A stretch of 64,000 nucleotides of DNA from the human T2T-CHM13v2.0 reference genome, Homo sapiens. The DNA is taken from NCBI RefSeq assembly GCF_009914755.1, contig NC_060931.1; one strand, 5' to 3'. The position numbers and the translations under genes are program-made. Shown piece after piece: positions 15,285 to 28,854 of this stretch (its first letter is position 1; the number at the start of each line of letters is the position of its first letter). Under the pieces are notes generated by a model that was not told where the DNA came from, searched no databases, and saw only the letters and a list, made by a program, of their open reading frames with translations.

Positions 15285-15322
15285 ATAGTTGTGTTATAAG
15301 TCAAATAACTAAAAAAAAAAGA

Positions 15323-15598
15323 GGCTGGGTGTGGTGGCTCACGCCTGTAATCCCAGCACTTTGGGAGGCCCAGGCGGGCAGATCACAAGGTCAGGAGATC
15401 TAGACCATCCTGGCTAACATGATGAAACAAAAAATTAGCTGGGCGTGGTGGCGGGTGCCTGTAGTCCCAGCTACTCAGGAGGCTGAGGCAGGAGAATGGA
15501 GTGAACCCGAGAGGCAGAGCTTGCAGTGAGCCGAGATTGCGCCACTGCACTCCAGCCTGGGTGACAGAGCGAGACTCCGTCTCAAAAAAAAAAAAGAA
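15323..15598 (+). mobile_element. AluY with a small deletion at the end of the left arm
   Basis: AluY diagnostics 'accatcctggctaac', 'ggagaatgg.gtgaaccc', 'gagcttgcag'; lacks 'cccgtctctactaaaaata' at about 15428. Confidence 0.93.
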
Positions 15599-15671
15599 AG
15601 AGAAAACAAAAATGAAATCAGGAGAAAAGTAAAATCCTCACATGCAAGGGAAACATCATAAGATTATCTGC

Positions 15672-15801
15672 ATCCTGCCGAGGTGGCTCACACCTGTAAT
15701 CCCAGCACTTTGGGAGGCCAAGATGGGTGGATCACAAGGTCAGGAGTTTGAGACCAGTCTGGGCAACATAGTGAAACCCCCATCTCTTCTAAAATATAAA
15801 A

Positions 15802-15836
<35 letters not shown>

Positions 15837-16008
15837 ATATTAGCCAGGCGTGTTGGTGTGTGCCTGTAATCCCAGCTACACAGGAGGCTGAGGCAGGATA
15901 GTCGAGTGAACCCAGGAGGTGGAGGTTGCAGTGCGCCAAGATCTCACCATTGTACTCCAGGCCGGGCAACAGTGAGAGACTCTGTCTCAAAAAAAAAAAA
16001 AAAAAAAA
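15672..16008 (+). mobile_element. AluS (Sg-like) whose central linker has expanded into (TAAA)n
   Basis: Alu body; TSD attatctgc at 15663-15671 and 16012-16020; (TAAA)n at about 15796-15838. Confidence 0.93.
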
Positions 16009-16848
16009 TTAATTATCTGCTAAGTAGAAACAGAAGTAGATGCCAAAAGACAGTGAAATAGAATATTTTAAATGCGTAAAGAAAATAATGTTAGCCAAAA
16101 ATCTACATTGAGCATACTATCCTTCAAAAAGATGCACAAGGTGAAATAAAGACGTCCCAGATAAACACTGATAGCAGCCTGTTTCACAAGAAATATTGCA
16201 GAAAATCATTTGAAATGTGAGAAAGTGACACCAGACGACAAGTCAAATCCACCCAAATAAAGATCACTGATAAAGGTAATTAATTATATACATAAATATA
16301 AAGCAGTGGAATTAGTGTTCTCTCTTTTTTGTTATAACTAATTTTTTAAAAATGTGTAAACAATAATTATAAAACATTTATTTATATTCCAAAGGATTAG
16401 AAGAATTCAAAATCATATTCATGCAGTTTTCAAGGATCTGAAAAATGGAGAGTGAAGAAAGTTCCCTCTGTCCTACATCAACACCCAGATTCATTTTATG
16501 GGGTTTCTTATAAATAATAGACCCCCTTAACATGTCAGATAAAGCTAGCTGTCACCATATGACAAGAATAAGGATTAATGCAAAGAGGAACTATCGAGTT
16601 ATTATTTGCTCTATGATACACTGAAAATATGCTCTACTTCAAAAGTCTCATGTGCACATTCAAGAAAATATTAATAAAATATTTTAACATATGTTAGAAA
16701 AATAATAATATATAAATGCCCAATAAGCACGTGAAAAGATACTCAACAAATTTAATCAATAGAAAAATAGAAATCATAATCAGTCAGGTATTATTTTACA
16801 TCCACTAGAATTGTTACAATCTAAAATTCCGAGAATACCAGGTGTTAG

Positions 16849-19836
16849 TGAAATCAGCCCAACCATCCTGTAGAACTGATGTTTTATATTTCTTTTGAAT
16901 AAATGTGGAAATTGACCCTTTGGTCAATTAGTTGTCATTATTGTATCTAGAAACCCGTGTTGGAAATGTGTGATGATGTTCTGTTAGAATAGCTAAAAAG
17001 AAGTTATTCTGTGACTTTTTTTCACTTTGCCCTCATTTTGTTGTATAGTCTTTAAATAAAAGGAGATCATTTATCCTCATATTGAATTTTCAAAACTGAT
17101 GTTTTTATTTGTCATTTTTTAAATGATGGGGGAAAAGTTAATTTTATTACTTTGATAAGTCCGGCATAACATCTATCACATTTGTGATGTTAGGGTCACA
17201 GTTCTGTCACTAAAATGCTAGCAATTAGATATACACGGTAAGTAACTTACCTAATTTGGTTGTTTGAAGTACTGTGGACAGCGACCACTAGACACTAAAT
17301 CACAGTGCTTTAATTTGTGACATGATAGAGAGAATGAAAAGACTTTATGCAGTATGAATATCCTGCTAACTAATCCTTGTGCTGTTAAGTTGGGCTTTGA
17401 CTTCCGGGTCTCAAAAAGTCACTGAATCCTGCTAAATATTGAACACTGATACCAGTCAAAGCCTTGTCTTCAGCCACTGGAGAAGGTGACTGTGAAAATG
17501 GACTGTTTTCATGAGACACAGTGCCATATATTCAAACTATTTAATCCCTGTAGGCCCAGGGACTACTGTAAAAAATGTGGGCATGTGAGATTATGAGGGC
17601 TGACTTTGAGGGATAAAATTATTTTAAAGTTTTTTTTATAAACTAAACTTTATTATAAAAAGCACATCAGTACAAGAAGAGCATCTGGGCCTCTGTGTCA
17701 AAATAACATGGTTTGTGTGGAGCATTGATCTGCTCTTTAATAGAAAATTACAAAAGGTTATAAAATGTTTAAAGTAGTATTACCTTATGGCAAAACTGAA
17801 AAAATTAAATAGATCTGTTTATAAGGCTTTATTAAAACTAGACATCATTTATAATACAACTTACAAAGGTAAAATTTGTTTTTCTTTTTTGAACAAAATG
17901 TGTAATATTAATAAAAGATTATAAAATATTTGTGTTTACCTTTTGAGTAAATTGCAGGGAATAAAAGTCAGAGGAAGAGACAGATTTATTTGGCCTCATA
18001 TGTCTACTAGGTCTTATTGTTTGGGAAACTGTCTCTTCTATGTCAAAGGGTAAACGTTTTGTTTTATCATTTGAGCTAAATAATTATTTTATAGTGACTT
18101 GTGATCCTATTTTGTGATATCAAGTATCCTAAAACTTTGATATTTGACAAGCTTTCCAAGAGTAAATATTCAAGTTCTAAAATCAGCCTTTCTGACCTCA
18201 AACTAACTTTTTTTGGATATTGAATTCCCTGAAGTCCAAGAAAGATATTTTAGTCTTATTTGTATGTTAGAATTATAAAGGAAGCATTGTCAAATCTGTG
18301 GTGGTGTTTAACTTCCTTTGGGTTATATTTATAGAGATATGTTATTAACGTGTGTTTCAGGATTGTATGAGTTTCCTAAAATTCTGATATTTTGTAAGGT
18401 ACATTGTCAACAATAACTATGATTATAATGTAAAATTGTTATATGCTACAGAAATAACCAAGTTTTCTTGTCAATTATGTCTTTAACTACATCTATCCCA
18501 AGACATTTTTCATCCACAATTGTTGTGTTGCTTTGATCCTTCTCAAAAAGTAACATAATCTTGGATACAGGTGTCTGATAACTTTGGAGGTTGTACCACT
18601 GGATTAAAGATAAAACTTCCAGGGCACTTATTGAAAGTCTGATTTGTTCATAAAGATTACCAACCCAATATGAAGTAAAGCAGGAGTTTATTGCATGAAC
18701 TAAAATAATGGAGGAATAAAATATATTTTTATGGCTTTTTTGTTTAAAACATTACTGATTCTTCAGAATCTGGAGAATTGTTTTTCCTTTGGAGCTATTT
18801 ATAGCCTTTAAAAATTGAGTAGGGTATATCCTTGTAAACAATTTGAGGCATATTTCTCTCTCACTGCCTAATTTATCCAGAATTCTTAAACTATTTGTGA
18901 ATATTTTTAATTCATGGCAATGTGGTTGTTTACGTAAGTTCAACAAGAATTTTTCTTTTAAAAAGGGACAGATTTGGAAGAATTGGTTATTTTATTAGGA
19001 CTTTGACTGAAATGGCCTTGTGAGAGATTTCAGCAAACCTAATTTTGGAGAGCCTATGTGAACAATGAGTCTTTCTATATTTTGTGTGGGTAAACAGGCC
19101 AAGTATATGGGACTGAAGCTTATTTTTAGGTAGGTTGGTCCTGCTGTGATTTGTCTTTGATCGAAGAAGGAGACTGGAAAGATAAAAAAAGTGTTTCGGA
19201 AGAAAACTATAGTATTTGATTAGCCTTTGACCCCTGGGTAGTCATGTGGTCACTGATGGTATGGAGCTGCCCATGACGCCCCTCCTCAGCATGAAGCAGC
19301 CAGGAAGATTGATGAACAGATCCTTCATGATTGAGAACTGATAAATGAAAACGGGGTAGAGGGCTGAAACTGACCAAATTTTCTCGTATAACTGATGTGT
19401 CAGGTTTCTTTTGAATAAACATAGAAATTGAACCTTCCAATCTTGAAACCTTAGAAAGGTACATGTGTCTTATCTTAGTTTCTTTCTCAGGAAACCAACC
19501 ATCAGGCCTCCCATATTACCACATCTGGACAACGGGCAATCAAGACCCCTCACCCATCATGATTGCCTAAGTGACCACCTCCTTTCTGTTGAGCAACTTA
19601 TCTTCCTTACCCCTTCCTAATTCCTGTTTTGCTGAATGCAGTTGCAGTTCTTCCCTGCTATATAAACTCGTAATTTTAGTCAGTCAGGGAGATGGATTTG
19701 AGATTGATCCCCATTTCCTTGGGTACAGCACCCAATTAAAGCTTTTTCCCTGGAAATACTCACTGTCTCAGTGATTGGCCTTTTTCTGTTCAGTGAGCAG
19801 CAGAACCTAGACTGAACTCCTGTAGTTTCAGTAATA
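16849..19836 (+). mobile_element. Internally deleted ERV1 (MER4-group, possibly LOR1-like) provirus
   Basis: About 75-bp stub of the 5' LTR (tgaaatcagccc...aactgatg...tttcttttgaataaa) matches the start of the 3' LTR at 19365; purine tract just before 19365; TSD TTAG at 16845-16848 and 19837-19840; host L1 resumes in register. Confidence 0.85.
19365..19836 (+). mobile_element. 3' LTR of the ERV1 provirus
   Basis: Starts TGAAACTGACC; TATA 'ctatataaac' at about 19658; ATTAAA at about 19735; ends gtttcagtaata. Confidence 0.85.
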
Positions 19837-20896
19837 TTAGTGATGATTTGGAGAAAATGGAGCCATCATATTGATTGTTATGCTATTACATAATAGCTAT
19901 GTAAAACGCTGTAGCCATTTGAAAACTGCTGATTTTTAAACAATTTAATATTATATTATTATATAAAATATTAATATTATACAACCTAGTAATCTCTACT
20001 CCTAAGATACTACACAAGTAAATTGAAAACATATTTCTGTACTATAATGTGTATGCCTCCAGAATCAGAACAGGAACAGAGACTTATATTATGCAAGAAA
20101 CCCAGGGCCAGACAATGCTTTTGAATTCTATCTCTGTTCCATCACTATTTGGCTTTTAGTATTGCCAGATTTATAAATTTGATTAATGTAAGAGCACTGG
20201 AGTCCAGAAGATCTTTCTAAATAACCACATTTATTGAGCACCAATTATTTCATTAAAATATTATTTTTTCAATTTGTGTAAGTTAGTTATTGAACACCTT
20301 CATACAAAAAATTTATATTAATATTTTAAGAATTTGGTATTAACCACTTCAGAAACTTGGATTTCTGATTAGTGTATTTTAAATACTAATTATTTTATAA
20401 ATTAACAATAGTATAAACATATATCATACCCTTTGTATAAAGTATTTTGTAGTAAATTATTATACATAAGCATGTAATTGTATGCACTATGAAAGTATCC
20501 CATATTTATAAATTAATATTTAATTATATTTAATTTTATAATTCAGGGACCAAAGTAAAACATCCTATGTGTCTTCTTCATTTTTCTACCAGGAGAAGTT
20601 GTCTTAAATCCCTTGTTCTTGACTTTGATGAAATTATGGCCTTGAACACTCTTTAAAATGGTTTATAGAATGGATCAGAAATATAAGACTGTGAGTCTGG
20701 AGTTCAGGGATAGAATGATAAGCACTTCAAATTCAGCACCACTATCAAGAATCCATAGTCTTTCTCTCTTCCTCCCAGCCATTTCTCACAAATACCCCGA
20801 ACCCTCCCACCACACACACACAGAGTATCTCATTACATGGTCAAAGGTTTACTAAAATGAGGTTTCTACTCAATTTTTACAAGTTTAATTGTTAGA

Positions 20897-21742
20897 TTGT
20901 AGCTTACAAATCATATTAACTCCCTGATCCACAAGGAAATGTTTTAAATGCAAAAATAATTACTACTACCGTAGGTTGTAAACATAAGCTTGAAATAAGA
21001 TAGTATTTAAAAGTCTAAGATACACAGTTTACAGTTATAAGTGAGTAATTTATATATTTATATGTGAGTATATATATGTGTATATATTTGTGTGTGTGTG
21101 TGTGTATATATATATATACATGACTAGACTTAGGTTTGCCTAACAACAATTTAAAATACAAGGCCATCACTTGATAAAATTAAAATATTATATTTTTGAA
21201 AAAATGCTGTCCCAGCACTTCCAATAATTTTGTCCAGCCTATTTTTAACTGAAAGTTGGAAATCATAATATTAGCTGTTCAAATCAGGAATTGCATTAAA
21301 TGCTTGTTTGTTTTGCTATGAAAATATTTAAAATCATGAAAAATGTTTGAAACAAGTTCAATTGTGTTTATTCACTATTCTTCTGAGTCTGTAGGGCTCA
21401 CAAGTGATTTTCAACAGTAGTTGTGGGGATATTTCAAGATCAGGTTTGTTCTTTCATGATTATGCCTTTGTACATAGCCCACTTCCTAAAGGAGAAGTTG
21501 ATATTAGTAGGCCAGCTGACATGGAAATGCCATTAAAGTAACACAGTAAAAGATGATTTGTAGCTTACAAATCATATTACCTCCCTGATCCACAAGGAAA
21601 TGTTTTAAATGCAAAAATAATTACTACTACAGTAGGTTGTAAACGTAAGCTTGAAATAAGATAGTATTTAAAAGTCTAAGATATACAGTTATAAGTGAGT
21701 AATTTATATATATTTATATGTGCGTGTATATATATATACATG
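20897..21742 (+). repeat. Dispersed direct duplication: copy 1 20897-21122, copy 2 21558-21742
   Basis: 'ttgtagcttacaaatcatatta.ctccctgatccacaaggaaatg...' occurs twice at offset 661 with only a few differences. Confidence 0.95.
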
Positions 21743-22001
21743 CACATATAAATATATATATACACATACATATGTTTTGAGGGGAGATTGAAAGAAAACT
21801 CTGAGCTTAATTAAAATCTTCTCAGAAATAAACTATGAAGAAGGGAAAAGGTTTGAATAGGTATATGATATTGATTTGCAAATCATTATACAAAATTTAT
21901 AACAGATTTTTAATGATATAACAATTAATATTTATATGAAAATATAAATTTCAGCTGAAAATAGATCTGTTAACTACCAATTTAAAAAAAACAACAGGTA
22001 A

Positions 22002-25000
22002 TGAGAGGGAAGGTTCAAAATGGCCTGTTAGAAACTTTGGAAACCAGTTCTCCTCAAAAAAATGAACCAAAATTACAAAATAGATAATCGTAACTTGAAA
22101 TAGATGATCAAGAACAGAATACTAAAACTCAGTAGAAAACTCATGGGCAAAAACAAAGGCACAGAAAAAGAAGTAAGTAAGAGGCAAAATCAGCTGACAA
22201 ATTGGCTAGGAAACCAGAGGGACTTGTCATTGTGTGGAAAAGTTAAGTGGGAGTGTTTTGGCTCCCAACATCCCTGCCGCAGACTGCCAGTGTCCAAACT
22301 GTGAGAGATCCTCCTCTGCCATTTTGAATCCTGACTCTAGTGTGGGTTGTGATTTGGAAACTTCTTGAGGGCATTACAACAGATTGCAAACTCATAGTGG
22401 GTTGCTCACCCTCTCCCCAGATGCATGCAGCTGCAGCAGGGTACCATTGGAGGGTGCAGCCATCAGGGGACTACATTCCTCTTGGGAACATCAATCCTTT
22501 TGTTTCCACATATCAGGATCACCCACTGATATTTCCTACTCCCCACTCAGAGGATTGTGTTGGCACAGTGCTAGCTAGTTCCAAAGAAGCTGCAGCATTC
22601 CTAGTAACATAGCCCTCAGGGAGTGCTACCGCTATTGAAGGGAAACTACAGTAAACCAGCGGATAGACCCTGAAACAAAGGAAACCAAGGCACATGCTTT
22701 CAAGTACCAAAGAACTCCCTATTTCGTGCTGTGAGAGGTGACTCTGCATCCAACAGGACAAAAACTCTTTGCTTGGATATAAAGGAGAGGCATGACATCC
22801 CATCCCACCAACCTCTGTGCTAGAGCCCAGGCATGTAGAAAAGAACTTTTACACTTCCTCCACACACTGCTGCAAATACAGCCACTACTGCTGGTCACAA
22901 GAAATTGATACAAGTGATTCAGAGATCAACCTATCTGGAGCTGTGAATTATGACTGTAACCCCACTCTAGGGGTGTTGCCTCTGGGCCTGTACTTATGCA
23001 AAGGGTGGGGCTCTCCCCATTTCTGCACAGAGCTGCAATGTTTTTGCCAAAGAGATCTAGAGAGCAATGTTGTTTGGGGAAATGGGGACAGACTCCATGC
23101 TGAAGCCACTACCAGGTGACACAGAGGTTTGGTGCTGAGCTGCAGAGCTGGTGTTCCCTGTGACTCTGAGCTACATTGCATCCTAGAAGTAAACACTAAT
23201 ATCTAACTGAACTGAATGTCCTGAATGCTGACCCATTGCATGGGATACCGGAGGGCTTACCCTGGTAAATAAAGATCAAATATTAACCCTGGTGCTAAGA
23301 CAACAATCAGCTCTTACATGCAAGTGCCACCTACTGACCTGGAGGTCAGCCTATACAATCTAATACAAAATTTGTTGACAAAAATGCACAGTGCTTGGGG
23401 ACAAGATAAGCTTCTCATGACTTTTATCCCCTCAGCTTCTCAGAAGGCCATGAGTCTACTCACTTGCTCACTCCGCTACTACTACAATCAGCACTTGAGA
23501 AAAGCACCACACTAAGCCTATCTATAACCAAGGGAATTATACACACACTATGCCAGTGAACAAACTCAGAAGCAAATCCAAGTGGCCCTTCTCAACATAT
23601 GTTATAGTCACATTCTCTAGACGCAAGGAAAAAAAGTCTCATTGAAATGAAATTAAATTCCAGATACAAAGAAACTACTATAGCAACACTGGAAGTAAGC
23701 AAAATCAGATTGATATGACAGCCCTCAAAAATGCCACTAACTTTTTAGCAATGGATTCTACAAATATGAAATTTGTAAAATGCCAAATAAAGAATTAAAA
23801 ATATTATCAATAATTTTAAAGAAGCTCAATGAAATCCAAGAGAGATCTGGAAACCAATTCATAGACTTTAGAAAATCAAATCAGTGTATGAATAATAAAT
23901 TTACCAAGGAAAGAGATATCTTATAGTAAAACCAACAGAACTTCTGGAAATAAAATATTCATTGAAGGAATTACAGAATACAGTTGAAAACTTCAAAAAT
24001 AGATCAAGCAGAAGAGAGAATCTCAGAACTTGAAGGCAGGTCTTTTAAATTAATTCAGTCAAACAAACATAAAGTAAAAAGAATTTAAAAGAATAAGGAA
24101 AGCTTTTGAGTAGCGTGGGACTAAATAAAGCATCTAAACTTTTAAGTGATTGCTATTCCTGAGGGTCAAGAAAGAGCAAAAAGTTTAGAAACTTATTTAA
24201 GTAAATAGTTTATGATAAATTTTTCTATTCTTTCAAGAAATTTAGATATTCAGATAGAAGAGGCTCAACAAAACAGCAGCAAAATACATTTCAAGAAGGA
24301 TTTCACCATGACATATATTCACCAGGCTGTCTAAAGTCAATGTGAAGAAAAAATATCTTAATATTAGCAAGAGAAAAGTGTCTAGTCACACATAAAGAAA
24401 TCCCCATAAGATTTACGTTTCTTAACAGAAACTTTAAAGCCCAACAAAAATGGGGTCCTATTTTATGAGTTCTTATGGAAATAAACTGTCAATCATGAAT
24501 TTCATGTCCTACAACAGTAAGCTTTATAAGTGAAGGAGAAATAAAATCTTTTCCAGATAAGTAAATACTGATAGAATTTTTCAATACTAGACTGGAAGTG
24601 CAAGAAATACTCAAAGGATTTTAGCATTTCTTATAGTTCTATAAATAAACAGCAATGTCTAACTGAACTAAATGTCCTGAATACTGACCCATTGCCTGGG
24701 ACACCAGAGAGCTTTTCCTGGTAAACAAAGATCAAGTATAAACCCTAGTGCTACCACCACAATTAGCTCTTACATACAAGTGCCACCTACTGACCTGGAG
24801 GTCAACCTATTCAATCTAATACAAAATTTATTGACAAAAATACACAGTGCTTGGGAACACGGTAAGCATCTCATGACTTCTACCACCTCAGTTTCTTGGA
24901 ATGCCATGTGCCTGCTCACCTACTCAGTCAACTGTTACTACAATCAGCATTTGAGAAAAGCCCCACACTATGTCTGTCTAACCCAGGGATACATACAGAC

Positions 25001-26850
25001 ACTTTGCCAGTGAACAAACCCAGAAGAAAAGCCAAATGGCCCTTCTCAACATACATTATAGTCACATCCTCAAGAGGAAAAGAAAAAAAAGTAAGTCTCA
25101 TCAAAAGGAAATTAAACTCCAGATACAAAGAGATTAGCATAACAATGCTGGAAGTATGCAATATATAAATTAAAGTTTAATATTCATCATCATAAAAACA
25201 CAAGTAAGTATAAAACTCATCAGTCTTATAAAACAATTACACTAAGGAGGAAGAGAAATAAATCAAATGGAAACATGACAGAACTTCATCAAACCCAAAA
25301 GACAGACGGAAAAGAAAGCATCAAAGAACCCACAAAACAACTAGATGACATACAACATTCAAATAGGAATGAAAACTTATATATCAATGTTAACCTTGTA
25401 CATAAATGGATTAAATTTTCTGACTAAAGGATATAGATTAGTGGAATGGATTAAAAAAATCACGAACCAACTCTATGCTGCTTAAAAAACTCACCCTACT
25501 GGTTAAGGTATAGACTGAAAGAAAGTGAGAGGAAAAGACAATCCATGCAAACAGAAATCAAATGCAAGCGGGAGTAACTATAATGATATCAAACAGACTT
25601 CAAATCAAAAATATTAAAAAAATATGAGGAATGATATTATGTAATAATGAAAGAATAAATTCAACAAGAGAATATAACAATCCTGAATGTATGTGCACCA
25701 AACATTGGAGCACAAAGATTATTAAAACAAATATTACTAAATGTAAAGACTGGGAAGATCAAAATTCCACCAACACCAATATACAGATTATTGAAATATA
25801 AAGTCGACAACAAGAATAACAACAACAACCACCACACAAACCTTGATCTTCAATTGGACTTAAGGTCAAAGGTAGTTAACATAATTACAGAAGATATTAC
25901 CCCATAATCTCAGAATACGCATTCTTCTCATCCACACATAGAACATTCTCCAAGATAGACAATATATTAGGCCACAAAACAAGTCTCAATACATTTTTTA
26001 ATCTCAAATAATATCAAGCATCTTTACAGACCACAGTAGAATAAAGTTATCAATCAATATCAAGAGGAACTCTTGAAACTACACAAATACCTGAAAATAA
26101 TACCATATATTCCTGATAAATCTTTGGGTCAATGAAAACACTAAGATGGAAGTAACACATTTTTTGAAAAAAAATAACAAGAAGAATATTGAGATACAGC
26201 ATATCAAAACCTCTGGGATACAGTAAAAGCAGTGCTAAGAGGGAAGCTTATATTGTTAAATGCTTACATCAAAAAAATAGAAAGATCACAAAATTTCTCT
26301 TCAAATTTTGCACCTCACAGAAATAGAAAAACAAGAAAAAAAACAGACACAAAGCTGAGAAGAAAATAATTAACAAATTAACAAAGAGCAAAACTAAATG
26401 AAAGTGTAAACAAATACAAAGATATAATGAAACAAAAAGTTAGTGTTTTGGGAAGACAAACAAAATTGATAAATCACTAGCTATACTTACCAAGAAAAGG
26501 AAAGAGAAAATTCAAATAAACATTATCAGAAATGAAAAAGGCGATATTACAACAACTGATACCACAGAAATACAAAAGATCTTCAGATATCGCTATGAAC
26601 AACTACAACAACAAGCTACAAAACCTGTAGGATATGAATAAATTCCTGGAAACATACAACCTCCCAAGATTAAATCAGGAAGAAATATAAATCTTGAACA
26701 GACCAATAATGAGTATAGTGAGATTGAAATAAGATTGAAACAGTAATACAAAATCTGGCAGGGGAAAAAACAAAAACAAAAACCCAGAACCGGATAAATT
26801 TACAGCTGAATTCTACCAAACCCACAAAGAAGAACTGGCATCAGTTCTTA
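22002..26850 (+). mobile_element. Old L1 (L1M1/L1MA-type): 5' UTR, degenerate ORF1 (about 23.7-24.6 kb), ORF2 endonuclease region; 3'-truncated
   Basis: 5' start 'ggttcaaaatggcc'; ORF1 motifs 'gaagctcaatgaaatccaagag', 'aaaatcttttccagataag'; ORF2 motifs 'atgtatgtgcaccaaac', 'aacattctccaagatagac'; many stops. Confidence 0.88.
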
Positions 26851-28854
26851 TTTTCTAGACTGTTTTGGCTATTCTAGATCTTTTGTGGTTTCACACAAAT
26901 TTTAGGATTGTATTTTTTATTTTTGAAATAATGTCATTGGAGTATCAATAGAGATTGTAATAAATCTATAGATGACTTTAAGTGGTATGGACATTTTAGC
27001 AATATTAATTCTTCCCCTCCAGGAGAACTGATATTTACCCATTTATTTATATATTTTTTTCAATTTCCTTTACTAATAATTGATGGAGTTTAGAGTACAG
27101 GTTTTTTTTTTACCTCTTTGTTAAATTTATTCTTTTTTATTTTATATTTTTTAGCAATTGTAAATGGGATTTTTTTCTTGATTTTTTTTTCAGATAATTT
27201 GCTGTTAGTATATATAAGTGCTACTGATTTTTATATGTTGATTTTGAATCCTGCAACTATTCTAAATTTGCTTACTGTTTTTAACAGTTTTATTGTTTAG
27301 TCATAAGGGCTTTCTACATATAAGATCCTGTCATCTACAATTAGGGACAATTGAACTGCTTTCCCAATTGCATACATTTTACTTGCTTTTTCTGTCCTAA
27401 TTGTTCTAAATAGGACTTGCAGTACCCAGTTGACTAGAAGTATGGGAAGTCCACTTTTATGTTTTGTGCCTGATCTTAGAGGAAAAGCTTTCAACTTTTC
27501 CCCATTGAGTGTAATAATATTATCTATGAGTTTAGCATATATAGCCTTTTTATGTTGAGGTATTTTCCTTTTATACCTAATTTGTTTGGAATTGTTATCA
27601 TGAAGATATGTTGAATTTTATCAAATGCTTTTATTGTATCTATTCTGATAATTATGTGGTTTTGTTACTCATTCCCTTAATGTAGTGTATTACATTTAGT
27701 GATTTGTATATAGAGAGAGCCATCACACCCTAGGCATTTCTTTGATGGGTGACTTTTTATTACGAATTCAATCTTTTTACTCGCAATTATTGATATGTTC
27801 AGATTTTCTCTTTCTTCAAAATTAAATCTTGGTAAGTTGTATTTCTATAAGAACTTATGCATTTCTTCAAGGTTGTCCAATTTGTGGCATATAAGTACTC
27901 ATAATAATCTCTTATGTTCCTTTTTATTACTGTGGTATTGGTTGTAATGTTTTTCCTTTCATTTCTGATTTCTAAATTTGATTTTCCTTTTTTTTCCAGT
28001 CCAGATAAAGGTTTGTAGACTTTATTTATCTTAAAAATAAACTCAGTGACATTGATCTTTTCTGTTTTTTTTAAATTTCTGTGTCATTTATTTCTGCTCA
28101 GATCTTTATTATTTCCTTTCTTATACTAAATTTCTGATGAATGTAATATTAGGCTATTTAAGTGAAATCTTTTTTGAAGTACATTCTTACTACTGTAAAC
28201 TTTCCTGTTAGAACCGCTTTTGCTGCATCCCTTAAGATTTGGCATGTTGTGTGTTTATGTTTGTGTGTCTGAAGATATTTTTAAATTTCCCTTTTAATTT
28301 CTTCTTACCTATTGGTTGTTCAGGAGCATGTTTTTAAAATTTCCATGTATTTGTGAATTTTCCAAAATTCATCCTCGTATTAATTAGTAGTTCCATTGTT
28401 GTTGGAAACAATACTTGATATGATTTCTATTTTAAAAAATCTGTTTAGACATGTTTTGCAGCCTAACAGGTGATCTAACCTGGAGAATATTCCATGTGCA
28501 TTTGAGGAGAATATGTACTCTGCTGCTATCGGTGGGGATATTCTGTATATGTCTTTTAGGTTCTAATGGTATCAAGTGTAGTTTAAGTTTAATGTTTTCT
28601 CAATCATTTTCTGACTGGACAATCTGTCTATTGCTGAAAGTGGGTTATTGAATCCTCTACTATTATTGCATTATACTCTAGCTCTTCCTTCTTATCTGTT
28701 AATGTTTACTTTATATATTTATGTGTTCCAATGTTGGGTACATACATACTTAGAAGTGATATACTCTCTTGATGAATTCACTCTCATATCATCATATATT
28801 TTTTCTCTTTAAGTTTTAAACTTAAAGTATTTTTAATCTGATATAAATATAGCT
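26851..28854 (-). mobile_element. Old L1M ORF2 fragment, continuing at 38433-38560 beyond the inserted L1PA
   Basis: T-rich antisense L1 ORF2; minus ORF 27297-27494 'KAFPLRSGT' is ORF2 RT-like; sequence resumes 'actcttgctgtcttttggtttcatttgca' after 38432. Confidence 0.88.

Noticed and set aside
13858-15403. Dense cluster of overlapping ORFs up to 159 aa on both strands
   Set aside because: All lie in or start within the LTR12C, mostly in its GC-rich part where stop codons are rare; no recognisable protein domain.
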